Assembly (NCBI GenBank): GCA_964410585.1
Contig: CAYPFW010000002.1
Location: forward strand, 177,077-241,076
Direction: 5' to 3'
Length of the DNA stretch: 64,000 bases
Source of the DNA: an uncultured archaeon
GTDB taxonomy: Archaea; Aenigmatarchaeota; Aenigmatarchaeia; QMZP01; JACQNV01
In this document: positions 63,523-64,000 of the stretch, in pieces
Layout: every line of letters starts with the position of its first letter
How positions within the stretch are numbered: position 1 is the first letter of the stretch
Made by a program: the position numbers and the translations under genes
The notes under the pieces: generated by a model
The model's database searches: none
Told to the model about the DNA's origin: nothing
Seen by the model: the letters and a program-made list of their open reading frames with translations, nothing else

Positions 63523-64000
63523 ATGGAGTTCACTGAAGAGGCAGCACAAAATTTCGAAGTACACAACGCAAAGATAGTTGTTTTTGGTTGTGGTGGCGGT
63601 GGATCTAACACAGTAAATAGATTAACCGACATGAACATACAAGGAGCTACAACAGTAGCAATAAACACAGACGCAAGACATTTGGCAGTCACACACGCAC
63701 ACAAAAGACTTCTAATTGGAAAAGAGTTAACAAGAGGTCTAGGTGCAGGTGGATATCCAGAAGTTGGAAAACAAGCAGCAGAAGAGCAAAAACAAGAGCT
63801 AAGGGAAACACTGGCTGGATGTGACTTACTTTTTGTAACATGTGGTCTTGGTGGTGGAACAGGAACAGGTTCTGCTCCAGTTGTTGCTAAATATGCAAAA
63901 GAAGCAGGTGCAATTGTCATTGCAGCAACAACAATGCCTTTCAAGATGGAAGGTGCAAGAGTAAGAAAAGCAGAAGAAGGTCTTTTAAGATTAAGAGACA
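63523..64000 (+). CDS. ftsZ: Cell division protein FtsZ (5' part, runs off window)
   Basis: [43 protein letters not shown] tubulin signature. Confidence 0.97.
   Translation, partial: MEFTEEAAQNFEVHNAKIVVFGCGGGGSNTVNRLTDMNIQGATTVAINTDARHLAVTHAHKRLLIGKELTRGLGAGGYPEVGKQAAEEQKQELRETLAGCDLLFVTCGLGGGTGTGSAPVVAKYAKEAGAIVIAATTMPFKMEGARVRKAEEGLLRLRD

Noticed and set aside
63294-63944. 216-aa minus-strand ORF
   Set aside because: Shadow of ftsZ on the opposite strand.

Overview
AT-rich archaeal chromosomal window, most consistent with a DPANN-type lineage. The lineage call is inferred from archaeal-type S8e/L37e/SmAP, GatE, NurA, class III-signal pilins, many surface proteins and an intron-containing tRNA. 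Housekeeping content: gatE, cysS, metG, rps8e, rpl37e, Sm, an eS26-like protein, nurA, mtnP, two PLP aminotransferases and the start of ftsZ. Accessory content: large membrane-anchored surface proteins, a lipoprotein cluster sharing one signal-peptide cassette, a type IV pilus locus, two MNT-HEPN toxin-antitoxin pairs and three divergent regulator/enzyme cassettes. The most unusual signal is non-coding. A tRNA-Lys(CTT) gene is split by three BHB-type introns, two at non-canonical positions. Those two introns each carry a copy of a ~55-nt hairpin repeat (family A) that also recurs in many intergenic spacers, mostly co-oriented with transcription. A second ~90-nt repeat (family B) shows clear compensatory base changes, ends exactly at the ATG of three unrelated genes, and twice follows a family A fragment. 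No transposase, integrase or CRISPR array is visible. Three small ORFs missing from the supplied track were found: a zinc-finger microprotein, a 59-aa peptide heading an AsnB-like operon, and an RHH protein divergent from ftsZ. All calls come from reading the sequence; no searches were run.
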